64,000 nucleotides of DNA from Candidatus Latescibacterota bacterium (GTDB lineage: Bacteria; Latescibacterota; UBA2968; UBA8231), in the NCBI GenBank assembly GCA_965206595.1, contig OZ242214.1, forward strand, positions 3,015,340 through 3,079,339, given 5' to 3'. The position numbers were made by a program, and so were the translations under genes. Shown here piece after piece: positions 54,074 to 64,000 of this stretch. A model generated the notes under the pieces. It was given only the letters and a program-made list of their open reading frames with translations, was not told the DNA's origin and made no database searches. Position 1 is the stretch's first letter; each line of letters opens with the position of its first letter.

Positions 54074-56830
54074 ATGTACCGGAACTGGTTGTTCGGAGCA
54101 GTCGCCGCAAGCGCCCTCCTGTCGGCAGGCGCTATGGCAGATGAAGACTTCCTCGGCGGCAACGGCGGTTTCGAGCTGGGGAATTTCAGCTCCTGGACAA
54201 TCGTCAGCGGCCAGGGGTGGGATGTCGTCGAGTTCGATCATCCCGGCAAGAGCGGACGCTTCTACGCCACGACCTGCAACGAGATATGGCCTGGCAACGG
54301 CGGCTGCAAGAACGGCAACGGCGAGCGCGACACCGGCGTGCTATCCTCCAAGGTCTTCACCGCTCCAGGGGGATTCCTCGAGTTCAGGATCTCCGGGTTC
54401 AACGGCCCCTCCTGCGACAACAACCTCAGCCAGATCTCGCTGAGACGAGCTTCCAACCACGAGGAGCTTCGGGAAGCCCTGCTTCCCTGCCAGAACCCCT
54501 TCAAGCTGCACCGCTGGAGCCTCGAAGACCTCGCCGGGGTGGAGGTCTATGTCCGGGTAGAGGACGCCGATGCCCAGTCCGGGTGGGCGTGGATCGCAGT
54601 GGACGGATTCCGCTTGACGAGCGAACCGACCGACAGCCTCGCCCCTGCCGCCTCGGACAGCGCGCTCTCTCTTGCCGATCTCTCGACAGGCGAGATCACC
54701 TTCACCTCACGCCCGGCCGGCAGTCATACGATCAATACCATCGACGGAAGCGGGGTGAGGCGGGCAGTCCCCCACGTGGTCTGGAAACTCTGGAACCCCT
54801 CCTGGTCGCCCGACGGACGGACGCTGGCCGCGGTTTCGAATCGCTACACCTCGAACCAGGAGATATACCTGTTCCATTTCGATTCTGACGGCCGCACCGC
54901 CGGGCACCGGGCCCTGACGAACCATCCCGGGTCGGACTACCAGCCTGCATGGTCCCCGGACGGCCGCCAGATCGCCTTCATTTCGGATCGCACCGGAGAG
55001 GGGGACCTGTACCTGGTTTCCGCCGAGGGGGGCGATCCGCTTCAGCTGACTCAGGGAGCGCCGGCCTCGCATCCCAGCTGGTCGCCGGACGGCCTGCGCA
55101 TCGCCTTCTCCAAGGAAGGGGACATCCGCTCCGTCGATCCCATATCGGGAGCCGTCTCCGTCCTCTCCGATGCCCCGGAGTGGGAGGGGTATCCCGCGTG
55201 GTCTCCCGGTGGGGGCCGGATCGCGTACTCCGCCGACGGGGAGCTCGCGGTCCTCGACCTGGGGCAGGGAACCGCCCGCCGGATCACTCGAGGCTTCTCT
55301 CACGTATCGGACCCGTCCTGGTCGCCGGACCAGGGGTATATCGCCTTTGCCTCGAGCCGCGAGGGCGCTCCGGATATCTATCTGGTAGAAATCGCCTCGG
55401 AACGCATGGCGCGGATCACCCATGCCCGCGACACCTGGGGTAACCGGGACCCCGTCTGGTATCCCGGAGCAATGGCCGTTCCCACCCCCCCACCAGTGAA
55501 GGTGCCGCCACCCCCCGGGAGCCGCACGGAAGTCGAGGCGACCATCCTGGGCGACGGGGCCGCGGGCCTGACCCTCGAGTTTTCACGCGCCATCTCCGGC
55601 CGCCCCGCCGACTACGCGTGGAGGGCGGTCACCGACTCGGCTGGCCGGGTGGATCTCACTATTTCCAGCGCCGACCGGGTAACCGGCTTCTACCGCGCCC
55701 GCGCCCGCAACACAGGGGGAGAGGTGGTGGCCAGTTGGTTCAGCATTCCCCTGAACGAAGGGCGCCGCCAGGTTTTGGAGCTGACTCTGGGAGGCGGGGT
55801 ACGGGTGGTGGCGGTTGAACGGCTCAAGCCCGCGAGAGAAGAGGTGCCGCGGAAGCAGCCCGGGTTGATTGCCCACTACCGCTTCGATGGAGACGCCCGC
55901 GACGCCAGCGGCAACGAGTATCACGGAACCATGCTGGGGCCCGTGCCCACCCGGGACCGCTTCGGCAAGGAAGACGGCGCCGTTCTCTTCAACGCGGCCG
56001 ACCACCGGATCGACCTTCCGCACCAGGTGCTCGACGGCCTGTTCGACGTCACCGTCTCCTTCTGGCTGAAGACCTCCAAGTCCGGAGCGCAAGCCATCGT
56101 CAGCGGCGCCAACCGGAGCAACGACAACGAGCACATCGTCTTTTTCATCAGCGAAAGCCGGTTCCGCTTCTACTCGCATGGCAGGTTCGGACAAGGCCAG
56201 CCCTGGTGTGACGTCGACATCGAGCCGATCGACGACGGCGCCTGGCATCACTTCGCCGTGGTCCGCAATACCTCGGAGGGCAACGTCGACTTCTTCGTCG
56301 ACGGCGTCGGCTATACCGATCAATGCGGGTACCTGGAGTACGGAAAGCTCGTCATTGATGCCGGAGGGCTCATCCTCGGCCAGGACCAGGACCGGTTGGG
56401 CGGGGGGTTCGACTCCAGCCAGGTTCTCAGGGGCATTCTGGACGACCTCAGGATTTACGCCAGGACGCTGTCGGCCGCCGAGGTGCAGGCGCTCTTGGGG
56501 GAGGAAAACTCACCCGCCGCGGGCGGGCAGGTGACGGCTCTTTCCATACCGGCCTCAGGCGGCCTTGAGCCCAGCTTTCCCAACCCCTTCAACAGCTCCA
56601 CGCAGGTCCCCTACCGCCTGGCCGGCCCAGGAATGGTGCGGCTGGAGATCTACAACGTCCTCGGGCAGCTGGTACGCACCCTGGTGAACGAAGTCCAGCC
56701 CGCCGGCTCCCACCAGGCCGGCTGGGACGCCCGCGACCGGCATGGCGCGCCGGTGGCCGCGGGAGTCTACCTGGCGCGCCTGCAGTACCCCCACCGAGTG
56801 GAGACGCGGCGGCTCCTCTACCTCGAGTAA
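54074..56830 (+). CDS. Secreted T9SS cargo protein. Domain order: signal peptide, N-terminal domain, TolB-like PD40 beta-propeller repeats, LamG/concanavalin-like lectin domain, T9SS C-terminal sorting domain.
   Basis: Signal MYRNWLFGAVAASALLSAGAMA. PD40 repeats (PAWSPDGRQIAFISDRTGEGDLYLV etc.). LamG-like segment (LIAHYRFDGDARDASGNEYHGTMLG...ILDDLRIYARTLSAAEV). C-terminal FPNPFNSSTQVPYRL...GVYLARL. Confidence 0.8.
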   Translation: MYRNWLFGAVAASALLSAGAMADEDFLGGNGGFELGNFSSWTIVSGQGWDVVEFDHPGKSGRFYATTCNEIWPGNGGCKNGNGERDTGVLSSKVFTAPGGFLEFRISGFNGPSCDNNLSQISLRRASNHEELREALLPCQNPFKLHRWSLEDLAGVEVYVRVEDADAQSGWAWIAVDGFRLTSEPTDSLAPAASDSALSLADLSTGEITFTSRPAGSHTINTIDGSGVRRAVPHVVWKLWNPSWSPDGRTLAAVSNRYTSNQEIYLFHFDSDGRTAGHRALTNHPGSDYQPAWSPDGRQIAFISDRTGEGDLYLVSAEGGDPLQLTQGAPASHPSWSPDGLRIAFSKEGDIRSVDPISGAVSVLSDAPEWEGYPAWSPGGGRIAYSADGELAVLDLGQGTARRITRGFSHVSDPSWSPDQGYIAFASSREGAPDIYLVEIASERMARITHARDTWGNRDPVWYPGAMAVPTPPPVKVPPPPGSRTEVEATILGDGAAGLTLEFSRAISGRPADYAWRAVTDSAGRVDLTISSADRVTGFYRARARNTGGEVVASWFSIPLNEGRRQVLELTLGGGVRVVAVERLKPAREEVPRKQPGLIAHYRFDGDARDASGNEYHGTMLGPVPTRDRFGKEDGAVLFNAADHRIDLPHQVLDGLFDVTVSFWLKTSKSGAQAIVSGANRSNDNEHIVFFISESRFRFYSHGRFGQGQPWCDVDIEPIDDGAWHHFAVVRNTSEGNVDFFVDGVGYTDQCGYLEYGKLVIDAGGLILGQDQDRLGGGFDSSQVLRGILDDLRIYARTLSAAEVQALLGEENSPAAGGQVTALSIPASGGLEPSFPNPFNSSTQVPYRLAGPGMVRLEIYNVLGQLVRTLVNEVQPAGSHQAGWDARDRHGAPVAAGVYLARLQYPHRVETRRLLYLE

Positions 56831-57023
56831 GGACGTGGCGCCGCCAGCGGTCTGCAGCAAAAGGGGCCAGCACCCCGCGCGATCCCGCAAGCCCTTGCCG
56901 CGCTTTCCGGCTGCCCGGTCCCAACGAGGGCCGCCGGGAGTGCCTTCCGGCACCCCGCTCCTCGGCAGGGCCTCATCACCTCCCCGCTCTCACTCCCGGA
57001 CCACCCTTCGGAAAAGGCCGACG

Positions 57024-58853
57024 TCAGCGCAGGCGCAGGCGGGCGACCAAGGGGTCGTGGTCGCTGGGGGCGCCGGAGAACTCGCAGTTGAGGTGGACGA
57101 CCCCGAACCGCCGCCCGAGGTCGAGCAGGGCGCGGCTGGCCAGCATGTGATCGAGCTCCTGGGAGTTCCCCTCGTAGATGTAGGAGTAGCGCTCGGCGGC
57201 AGGCAGGCCGTCGGCGAGATTGAACAGCAGCTGCGGTCCGCCGCCGTAAGTGCCCTCCAGGATGGCCATGGGGGCGCCGAACCGGAACTCGTTGAAGTCG
57301 CCCAGCAGCACGATCCTCGCCTCTGGGTCCGCAGCCAGCAGGCCGTCGACGTGGGCTTTGAGGAATTCGGCCTGGGCCACGCGCTTGTCCAGGCCTCCGA
57401 TGGATGGCGGCTGCAGCGCCCCGAACAGCGGCGACGAGCCGCCCCTGGAGGTGAGGTGATTGTTTATCAGGACGATCCGTTCGCCGGCGAACCGGAAGGT
57501 GGCCTGCAGGGGCGTGCGCGCGCGCTCGAAGGCATCCTCGCCGTCGCCGTCCTCGAGGCGGAGGGGCTGGCCGATCAGCTCCACCCTGCCGGCATTGTAG
57601 AGAAAGCAGACGCGGATGTTGCCGCCGGGCTGGCCGCCGTCCTTCCCGTCGGCTGGGGGGTTGTCGATCGCGGAATAAGCCGGACCACCGGCGCCCGCAA
57701 TGGCGTCGATCAGAGTCCGCAGGGTGCGGTCGGCCGCGGTTTTTCCGTCGTCCTCCGAACCGCTGTTGTCCTGCACCTCCTGCAGGGCGAGGATGTCCGG
57801 GCTGTTCAGGCTGCCGACGATCTGTGCGGCGAGGGCGGCGAAGCGCCCGTCCGCGATATCTGCGTCCCCGTCGCCATCGTTGGGATCGAGGTTGAGCAGG
57901 TTGAAGGAGGCGATCAGCAGATGGCTGGAGTCCCCGGCGAGGGTGGTGCCCTCCGGTTCCAGGGAGCCGGGAACCGGGGTGGGCGCCGTCGAGGGCAGCA
58001 CCTCGAAATTGCCGAAACGGTAGCCGACCACCCCGGTGACGTCCCCCAGCCTGTCGCCGGTGTCGACCTCCGGCATCGATCCGGGCATCAGGCTGTCGTC
58101 GATCTGCAGGCGCTCCGGGTTGAAGTCGCCCGGGGAAAGGGTGAGGCCGCCGCGGCGGTTGCGGCCGCTGGCGCCGGCTCCGCGGTCGGCCAAAACGTAG
58201 ATCTCGCCGAAGCGGGTGGTCGGTGCCACCGCCCGGGCCGCGGCGATGGTCACCCGCATGCTTTCGAGGCTCTCGTAGAAGTCGATGCCGTCGAAGACCG
58301 GGTCGAAATGTGAAAAGCCGTCGTCGTCGATGATTACCGCGGGAGGCCGGCGGCCGGAAGCCCCGACGACGACAGGGGGCGGCAGCGGGTTCCCCGACGA
58401 GGCCACGGAAACCGAGGGAGATCCGCCGACCTGGGTGACGGACAGGTTGTTGGTGCGGGCGCCGCCGGGAACGTATTCCCCGACCTTGCCGGCGACCGAG
58501 ACCGCGTCCCCCGCGGCGACCCCGGGTTTCTTCCGGGTGTAGACGAAGATGCCGTCGGAGGTGAGGTCGTCCCCGTCGCCGGCGGCATCCTGCAGGTAGA
58601 AGCCGTTGGGCGCAACGGCCGTGACGATTCCCGAGGTCCGCACCCTGGCCCCGAGGTGCGGGGAGACGTGACCTGCCCCCTGGATCTCCCAGACAGCCAG
58701 CTCGCCTGCACGCGCCTTCGTTCGGCTGCCCGCGGCCGCAAAGACAGGATCGGTCCGGCCGGATGCGTCCGCGGCTCGCGCTTGCCCGGTTACGGGCAGG
58801 TTCCAGCCGAGCCACGCCGCTGCCAGCACCATCCCGGCGATTCGCCTTGGCAT
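57024..58853 (-). CDS. Exported endonuclease/exonuclease/phosphatase (EEP) family nuclease (ExeM/NucH-like)
   Basis: Signal peptide from MPRRIAGMVLAAAWLGWNLPVTG. EEP motifs LLIASFNLLNL, ILALQEVQD, LLGDFNEF, SDHDPLVARLRL. Confidence 0.7.
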   Translation of the reverse strand: MPRRIAGMVLAAAWLGWNLPVTGQARAADASGRTDPVFAAAGSRTKARAGELAVWEIQGAGHVSPHLGARVRTSGIVTAVAPNGFYLQDAAGDGDDLTSDGIFVYTRKKPGVAAGDAVSVAGKVGEYVPGGARTNNLSVTQVGGSPSVSVASSGNPLPPPVVVGASGRRPPAVIIDDDGFSHFDPVFDGIDFYESLESMRVTIAAARAVAPTTRFGEIYVLADRGAGASGRNRRGGLTLSPGDFNPERLQIDDSLMPGSMPEVDTGDRLGDVTGVVGYRFGNFEVLPSTAPTPVPGSLEPEGTTLAGDSSHLLIASFNLLNLDPNDGDGDADIADGRFAALAAQIVGSLNSPDILALQEVQDNSGSEDDGKTAADRTLRTLIDAIAGAGGPAYSAIDNPPADGKDGGQPGGNIRVCFLYNAGRVELIGQPLRLEDGDGEDAFERARTPLQATFRFAGERIVLINNHLTSRGGSSPLFGALQPPSIGGLDKRVAQAEFLKAHVDGLLAADPEARIVLLGDFNEFRFGAPMAILEGTYGGGPQLLFNLADGLPAAERYSYIYEGNSQELDHMLASRALLDLGRRFGVVHLNCEFSGAPSDHDPLVARLRLR

Positions 58854-59047
58854 ACAGGCTTCCATTTCCTCAGCCTCCATCGCAGGAACCAATTGGAAGG
58901 AAGGGGGTCCCCCAAAGTGGCAGGATCTGGGAGCCCCAATAGATTCTGGTTCCGGTTCCACCCCGGTCTGCCGACTCCGTGGAATTCATCGAGGCGGCCG
59001 ACCGGAACGGACAGGAACCCCACATCCGACCCTGAAAAGGAGAACAG

Positions 59048-60883
59048 ATGACGATTCGATTTGCCCTGATCGCGCTCGCGATTTCCCTCTGGTCCTGTGG
59101 AGACGATGACGACGCTCCACCGGCCGCTCCGGAAGAAACGGTGCTGCGCCCGAGCGGGGAACTGATGCCCTGGGATCTTTCCGCCGTCGTGCCGATCGAC
59201 TCGGTCCGCGCCATTCCCACGGGCACCCCCCTGTACATGCGCACCGAGTTCGCCAACGGCGAGCTCGCCGACCTCGAGATGCTCTTCGTCCAGGTGGTCG
59301 ACGACTTCATGCAGCCCATGCCCGTCATCATGGTGGAATCCTCGGACCCGGTCCTGATCCAGCTCGGGGGCATCGCCCGGGGCATGAGCGGCTCCCCCGT
59401 CTTTTCCGAGCAGGGCACCATGGGCGCCATCGCCTATGGATTCTCTTCCCAGGACAACCCGCCCTACTACTTCTTCGCCACGCCCATTGAATGGGTGATC
59501 GGCTCGCAGGGAACGGTGCCCGCGGCCAAACCCGCGGCCACGTGGGACGGGGCCCGTATCACCCCCCTGGAGATCCCCCTGGTGAGCACGGGACTCCACG
59601 GTCCGCAGCCGGGGGGAGGGGGTTTGTTTCCCTTGGGTGAGGCCGTCTCCGCGGGGCTGACCCAGGAGCGCCAGGAGAGCTTCGAGGCCGGCAGGCCCCT
59701 GGCCGTCGGTCTGCTGCTCGGTGAAACCACCAGAGGTTCGATCGGAACCATATCGTACGTCGACGGCAACCGGATATACGGATTCGGGCATCCATTTTTC
59801 GGTGTTGGTCCGGTAGAGCTTCCCATAATCGAGGCAAAGGTGCTCGGTGAAATCTCCAACCTCTCGGCTCCCTTCAAGTTCGCGACCCTGAACCCGACGG
59901 TGCGGGGAACCATAACCGAAGACCGGTTGCCCGCGGTTCGCGGCATGCTCGACCAGGAGCCGGAGTTGGTACCGATCAGCAGCATGTACACCTTTCCATC
60001 CGGGAGCCAGCTCGAGCTGACCCACCATATGCCCACGGTCGGTCTCGACTCGTATACCACCCTCAGTCTCGCCACTTCTGCTTCTTTCAGCCCTCTGTAC
60101 AACAGGGTCGACGACGATCCGGACCACAGTGTTCGCGTCACGACGAATTTCTCCTTCGCCGGCTCCGACTCGGTGCTTGCCCGCACCCGCCTCTACGCGG
60201 AGCCGGATGGACGACTTTTCTCCCTGATCGGCGCTGCCTCGGGCGATTTGTCGTTCGCACTCTCCGAGCTGATGACGAGAAACGATTACGCCTTGCAGGT
60301 GGCCGAGGCCGAGGTCCACATCGAGATGATACCGGAGCCCCGCTTCGCCAAGGTGGTGGAAGTCTCCGCGGACACCGTGGCCGGCCTGGGAAGCACGCTG
60401 GCCATTACCGCTTCCCTGCGCGTGGGCCGGCGCGCCGACCGGGAAATCGGGCTGGAGCTCGCCATACCGGATACGATCCCCCCCGGCTTCTACCTGCTCG
60501 AGGTCGCTTCCGCGGCCAACCTGGTGGATGACGAGGGAGGGGATTTCGGGTTCTTCGGACCGCCGGGATTCGGTTTCGGAGACGAGGAAAAGCTCGAGGA
60601 TGTTTTTGCCCGCCTGAACGAACCGGACGAAAACATCGTCCTGAAGGCCCGCCTGACGTTTTCCGCGCCGCCGCCTCCCCCGGAAATACCCGAGGGTGAA
60701 CCCGGCTCGGAGGGAGAGGCTCCCGGCGATGTTCCCGACACCGGACCGGGCGACATCTGGTTCTTCGGAGATTTCTTTCCTCCCGACGGCTCCCTGCCAA
60801 CTGCTTCCACGGAGCAGGAGGTGGGTCTGTATCTCGAGGGGACCCAGAGTATCGAGATCGAACTGACGGTGGCGGAAGAGTAA
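59048..60883 (+). CDS. Putative lipoprotein serine peptidase, SpoIVB-like (S55 family)
   Basis: N-terminal LWSCG lipobox-like sequence. GIARGMSGSPVF resembles the SpoIVB active-site GMSGSP. The rest is unassigned. Confidence 0.45.
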   Translation: MTIRFALIALAISLWSCGDDDDAPPAAPEETVLRPSGELMPWDLSAVVPIDSVRAIPTGTPLYMRTEFANGELADLEMLFVQVVDDFMQPMPVIMVESSDPVLIQLGGIARGMSGSPVFSEQGTMGAIAYGFSSQDNPPYYFFATPIEWVIGSQGTVPAAKPAATWDGARITPLEIPLVSTGLHGPQPGGGGLFPLGEAVSAGLTQERQESFEAGRPLAVGLLLGETTRGSIGTISYVDGNRIYGFGHPFFGVGPVELPIIEAKVLGEISNLSAPFKFATLNPTVRGTITEDRLPAVRGMLDQEPELVPISSMYTFPSGSQLELTHHMPTVGLDSYTTLSLATSASFSPLYNRVDDDPDHSVRVTTNFSFAGSDSVLARTRLYAEPDGRLFSLIGAASGDLSFALSELMTRNDYALQVAEAEVHIEMIPEPRFAKVVEVSADTVAGLGSTLAITASLRVGRRADREIGLELAIPDTIPPGFYLLEVASAANLVDDEGGDFGFFGPPGFGFGDEEKLEDVFARLNEPDENIVLKARLTFSAPPPPPEIPEGEPGSEGEAPGDVPDTGPGDIWFFGDFFPPDGSLPTASTEQEVGLYLEGTQSIEIELTVAEE

Positions 60884-61075
60884 CGGCACGAGGCACCGGG
60901 GCCGGTGGGGGGACGAAACTCCCGCCGGCCCCGGGCCATCGGGCCGGCAGTACTGATCGGGAACGACGCGGAAGGTCCGGCGCAGCCGCCGGGTTTTGCG
61001 GGGATCAGAGACCCGCTTCGGGGCAGGTTCCTCACTGATGCCGCGCTGGTTATCCCTCAAGCCATCCCTGACCAA

Positions 61076-64000
61076 CTACTGCGGCCCCGCATCGCCGAAC
61101 CGGGTTCGGATGAACTCCCTGGTGTCGTCGGGTGAAAGCTTCACGGTTCCCGGGCCGCTGCGCACGAAGAAGTCGCCCCCCTCCTCCTTCTCCACCCCCT
61201 TCCACCTGAGGAACACCGGTTCCGGGCTGCGCTGGCAGCTCACCACGCAGACCCCCTTGCTGTCGACGATCTGAATCTCCGGATCGATGCAGGTCCCGGC
61301 GCGGTCGCCCAAACCGTTGCGCACCACCTGGGCGAGATGGCGCATGAACTTGTCGTCGTTGTCGAGCCGGTCCCGTTCGATCCCGACGACGGCTCCATCG
61401 TCTGCCACCCCCAATAGGAGATCCCCTCCCTCGGTATTGAGGAAAGCCGCGATGGTTTTCAGCGCGGCGTGGGTCACGCGCTTGTCGTCCTTGCGGTCCT
61501 CCACCAGGTTCCAGCGCAGCGTGGACTTGAACTCCAGGGTCTTCGACTCACCCCTCTTGATCAGCTCTTCGGCGCTGCGGTGGCTGTGGAGGTACTGGTC
61601 GAAGAGCAGATCCCTGATCACCTCTCCAAAGGCCCGGTCGTCGGTGATCCGCTTGTAGAGATCGAAATTGGAATCGACGATCTCCTGGATCACCTGGCTC
61701 ACCTTGTGATCGAAGGTCAGCCGCACGTTGTCGCGCGTGTTCACCCGCGCCGCGGCGTCGAGGGCGGGGTCCCCTTCGAGCTTCTCCATCATCTGCCCGA
61801 GAGTGACGCGGTGCTCGGGCCCGAGCTCGAGCCCGAAGCGCTCGTTCAGCTCGGCGATGATGCGCGAAAGCGTCTCCATCTCTTCCGGCGCATGTCCGTG
61901 CGCCTCCTTGGTGCCGATGGGGTCGAGCACCCCTGCCTTGCGTTCGAGACCGATCTTGCCGCTGCCGGTCTCCTGAATCCGGAAGGATTCCATGTCGATG
62001 TTCTGCTGCACTTCGAGCGGCAGCTCGGCCCGCTCCGGGCGCAACAGGCGAAGCAGGTGCCTGGCGAAGACGTAGAGCTTCTCCAGGTCGGAATCCGAGA
62101 AAGGCAGCACCTGGGACAGAAACGCGTAGAGCCGCACGTAGTCGGTGAGCTGCCCCCGGAAATCCTGCCGCTCTTCCTCGTGCAGCTCGTTGAAGCGCTC
62201 GACGACCGGATTCAGCAGCGGCTGCAGCTGGTCCTGCCCCGCCTTGCCGCCGAAATAGAGCCTGGCGAAGCCGTCGACGTCGGCCTGAGCATAGACCGGG
62301 AAAGCGGTCAGACGCGTCTGGATTTCGTAGAGCAGGTTGGGATCGGTCTCTTCCGAAAGCAGGGTGGTCTCGTAGTAGGGCTCGAAGGCGGCCTTGATCC
62401 CGTCCGGCTCGTTGGCGAAGTCGAGCACCATGGTGCCCTGCTTTCCTTCCTTTGTGCGGTTGAGCCGCGACAGGGTTTGCACCGCGTTCACGCCGCCGAG
62501 CTTCTTGTCGACGTACATCGTGTGCAGCAGCGGCTGGTCGAACCCGGTCTGGAACTTGTTGGCGACGATCAGGAAGCGGTAGTCCGGCCCTTCGAAGGTT
62601 TTGGCAGTCTGCGCCTCTGAGACCTTGTTCATATTGGCTTCGGTATATGCGGGATCACCGCCATCCTTGACGGACCCGGAGAAGGCAACCAGCGCCTTGA
62701 ACGGATTCCCCAGCTCCTCGAGATGCCGGTCCACCGCCAGCTTGTAGCGCACCGCGTGCAGGCGCGAGCGGGTGACGATCATCGCCTTGGCCCTGCCGCC
62801 GATCTGGCTCTGCACCTGCCCGGTGAAGTGCTCGATCACGATGCGCACCTTCTCGTCGATGGCGTGCGGGTGCAGGTCGACATAGGACTTGAGCAGACAT
62901 GCGGCTTTCTGCTTGTCGTAGCGCGGATCATCCTCAACCGTCTTCAACAGCCGCCAGTAGGCCTTGCAGGTGGTGTAGCTCTCCAGGACGTCGAGGATGA
63001 ACCTCTCCTCGATGGCCTGGCGCATGCTGTAGAGGTGGAACGGCGCGAACGAGCCGTCGGGTCGCTTCGTTCCGAACAGCTCCAGCGTCTTGGGCTTGGG
63101 CGTCGCCGTGAAGGCGAAGGTCGACAGATTGGGCAGCCGCCCGCGCTTTTCCATCTCCGCAAGGATCGCGTTCTCCAGCTCCTCTTCTGGGGTCTCGGCC
63201 CCGGATTCCTCGCTCTCGGCCTCTTCGAGCGAAGCTGGGGCCAGCACCGACTTCAGGCTCTTCGTGCTCTCCCCCGACTGCGACGAGTGCGCCTCGTCTA
63301 CGATCAGCGCGAACCGCTTGCCCGGCAGATCGTCGATCTGTCCGGCGATCACCGGGAACTTCTGCAGCGTGGTGACGATGATGGTCTTGCCCCCCTCGAG
63401 GGCATCCCTGAGCTGGCGCGAGGTGGTGTCGATGTTCTCCACCACCCCCAGGGTCTGCTCGAACTGGCGCATGGTGCTCTGCAGGGCGCGGTCGAGCACG
63501 CGGCGGTCGGTGATGACCACGATCGAGTCGAAGACGCGGCGGTCGTCAGCGTCGTGCAGGGTCGAGAGCTGGTGGGCGAGCCAGGCGATGGTATAGCTCT
63601 TGCCGCTCCCGGCCGAGTGCTGGATGAGATACTGCTGCCCACCCCGTTCTCGCGGGCATCGGCGACGAGCCGGCGCACGCAGTCGAGCTGCTGGTAGCGC
63701 GGGAAGATCAGGGATTTCCTGCCGGTCTTGCGGCCGGTCTCGTCCTCTTCTTCGACTTCATGGATGAACTGGCGCACCAGGTCGAGGACGCTGTCGCGCG
63801 CCCAGGTCTCTTCCCAGAGATAGGAGGTGGCGTACCCGGTCTGCGTGGGCGGCACCGGCGGGTTGCCGGCGCCTCCGAACTTGCCCCGATTGAAAGGGAG
63901 GAAGCGGGTCCCGGCGCCGTCGAGATGGGTGGCGACGTAGACCAGGTCGGCGTCCACGGCGAAGTGTCCGAGGCAGCGGCCGTATGCCAGCAGCGGCTCG
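61076..64000 (-). CDS. hsdR: Type I restriction enzyme R subunit (HsdR) fused to a C-terminal AlbA_2 (Schlafen-like) domain. Partial, since the 5' end lies beyond the window. Has an apparent 1-nt frameshift near 63630-63650.
   Basis: Helicase motifs: DEAH (LIVDEAHSSQSGE), LIVANKFQTGFDQPLL, QTLSRLNR. The upstream frame (63349-64000) encodes the nuclease and motif-I region and goes out of frame just before GSGKS. The C-terminus KTLEFKSTLRWNL...TIAAFLNTEGGDLLLGVADDGAVVGI matches AlbA_2. Confidence 0.75.

Overview
This is a 64 kb, mostly high-GC (about 65-70%) bacterial chromosomal window. It most plausibly comes from a Type IX secretion system (T9SS)-bearing FCB-group-like organism. Four ORFs end in the same ~80-aa T9SS C-terminal sorting domain (...NPFNSET...GVYLYRL...RKLTLLR). 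I found no rRNA, tRNA, CRISPR array, integrase or transposase.

Gene content by region:
- 1-9090: a tandem set of giant secreted T9SS cargo proteins built from WD40 and other beta-propellers, plant-type LRRs, a metzincin protease, Big Ig-like repeats and a dockerin-like module. A low-GC lipoprotein gene is nested between them.
- 9241-11146: small secreted proteins and a Bor-like lipoprotein.
- 11409-19274: housekeeping and metabolic genes: PPK2, an Omp85-family barrel, a sulfatase, typA, an SDR epimerase and an MR/MLE dehydratase.
- 19480-24241: a duplicated beta-barrel-like secreted protein and a GH95-like hydrolase.
- 24497-32641: a cluster rich in PhyH dioxygenases (five PhyH-like loci in the whole window) with a Cys-rich mini-protein, 3-hydroxyacyl-CoA dehydrogenase, a class III aminotransferase, a LivK-like substrate-binding protein and an NfeD-flotillin pair.
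- 33009-39178: an AAA+/DUF4143 ATPase behind a promoter-plus-hairpin element, a frameshifted FAH hydrolase, a second sulfatase and a Zn-alcohol dehydrogenase.
- 39.2-47.6 kb: the most notable region, a compositionally distinct (lower-GC) defence island on the minus strand. It holds a Type III-like R-M pair, Mod and Res, translationally coupled by a TAATG overlap. Mod is an unusually large 1152-aa beta-class amino-methyltransferase whose ~550-aa N-terminal extension I cannot assign. Res is a helicase with a PD-(D/E)xK nuclease. Downstream are a 23-bp perfect tandem repeat, a 160-aa unknown protein and a 315-aa protein with a C-terminal HEPN-like Rx4HG motif.
- 47470-53650: a multiply disrupted PhyH pseudogene, uxuA-like mannonate dehydratase, a fused double-PhyH protein, a VapC/Phd toxin-antitoxin pair, YbdK ligase and an MBL-fold hydrolase.
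- 54074-60883: a PD40-propeller/LamG T9SS cargo protein, an exported EEP nuclease and an S55-like protease lipoprotein.
- 61076-64000: a partial Type I HsdR fused to a C-terminal AlbA_2 (Schlafen-like) domain.

Epimerase, FAH and HsdR each carry an apparent single-base frameshift in a C/G run, and the PhyH pseudogene carries several. This pattern may be sequencing or assembly error rather than biology. In this GC-rich sequence many long antisense ORFs in the six-frame track are artefacts, and I rejected them.
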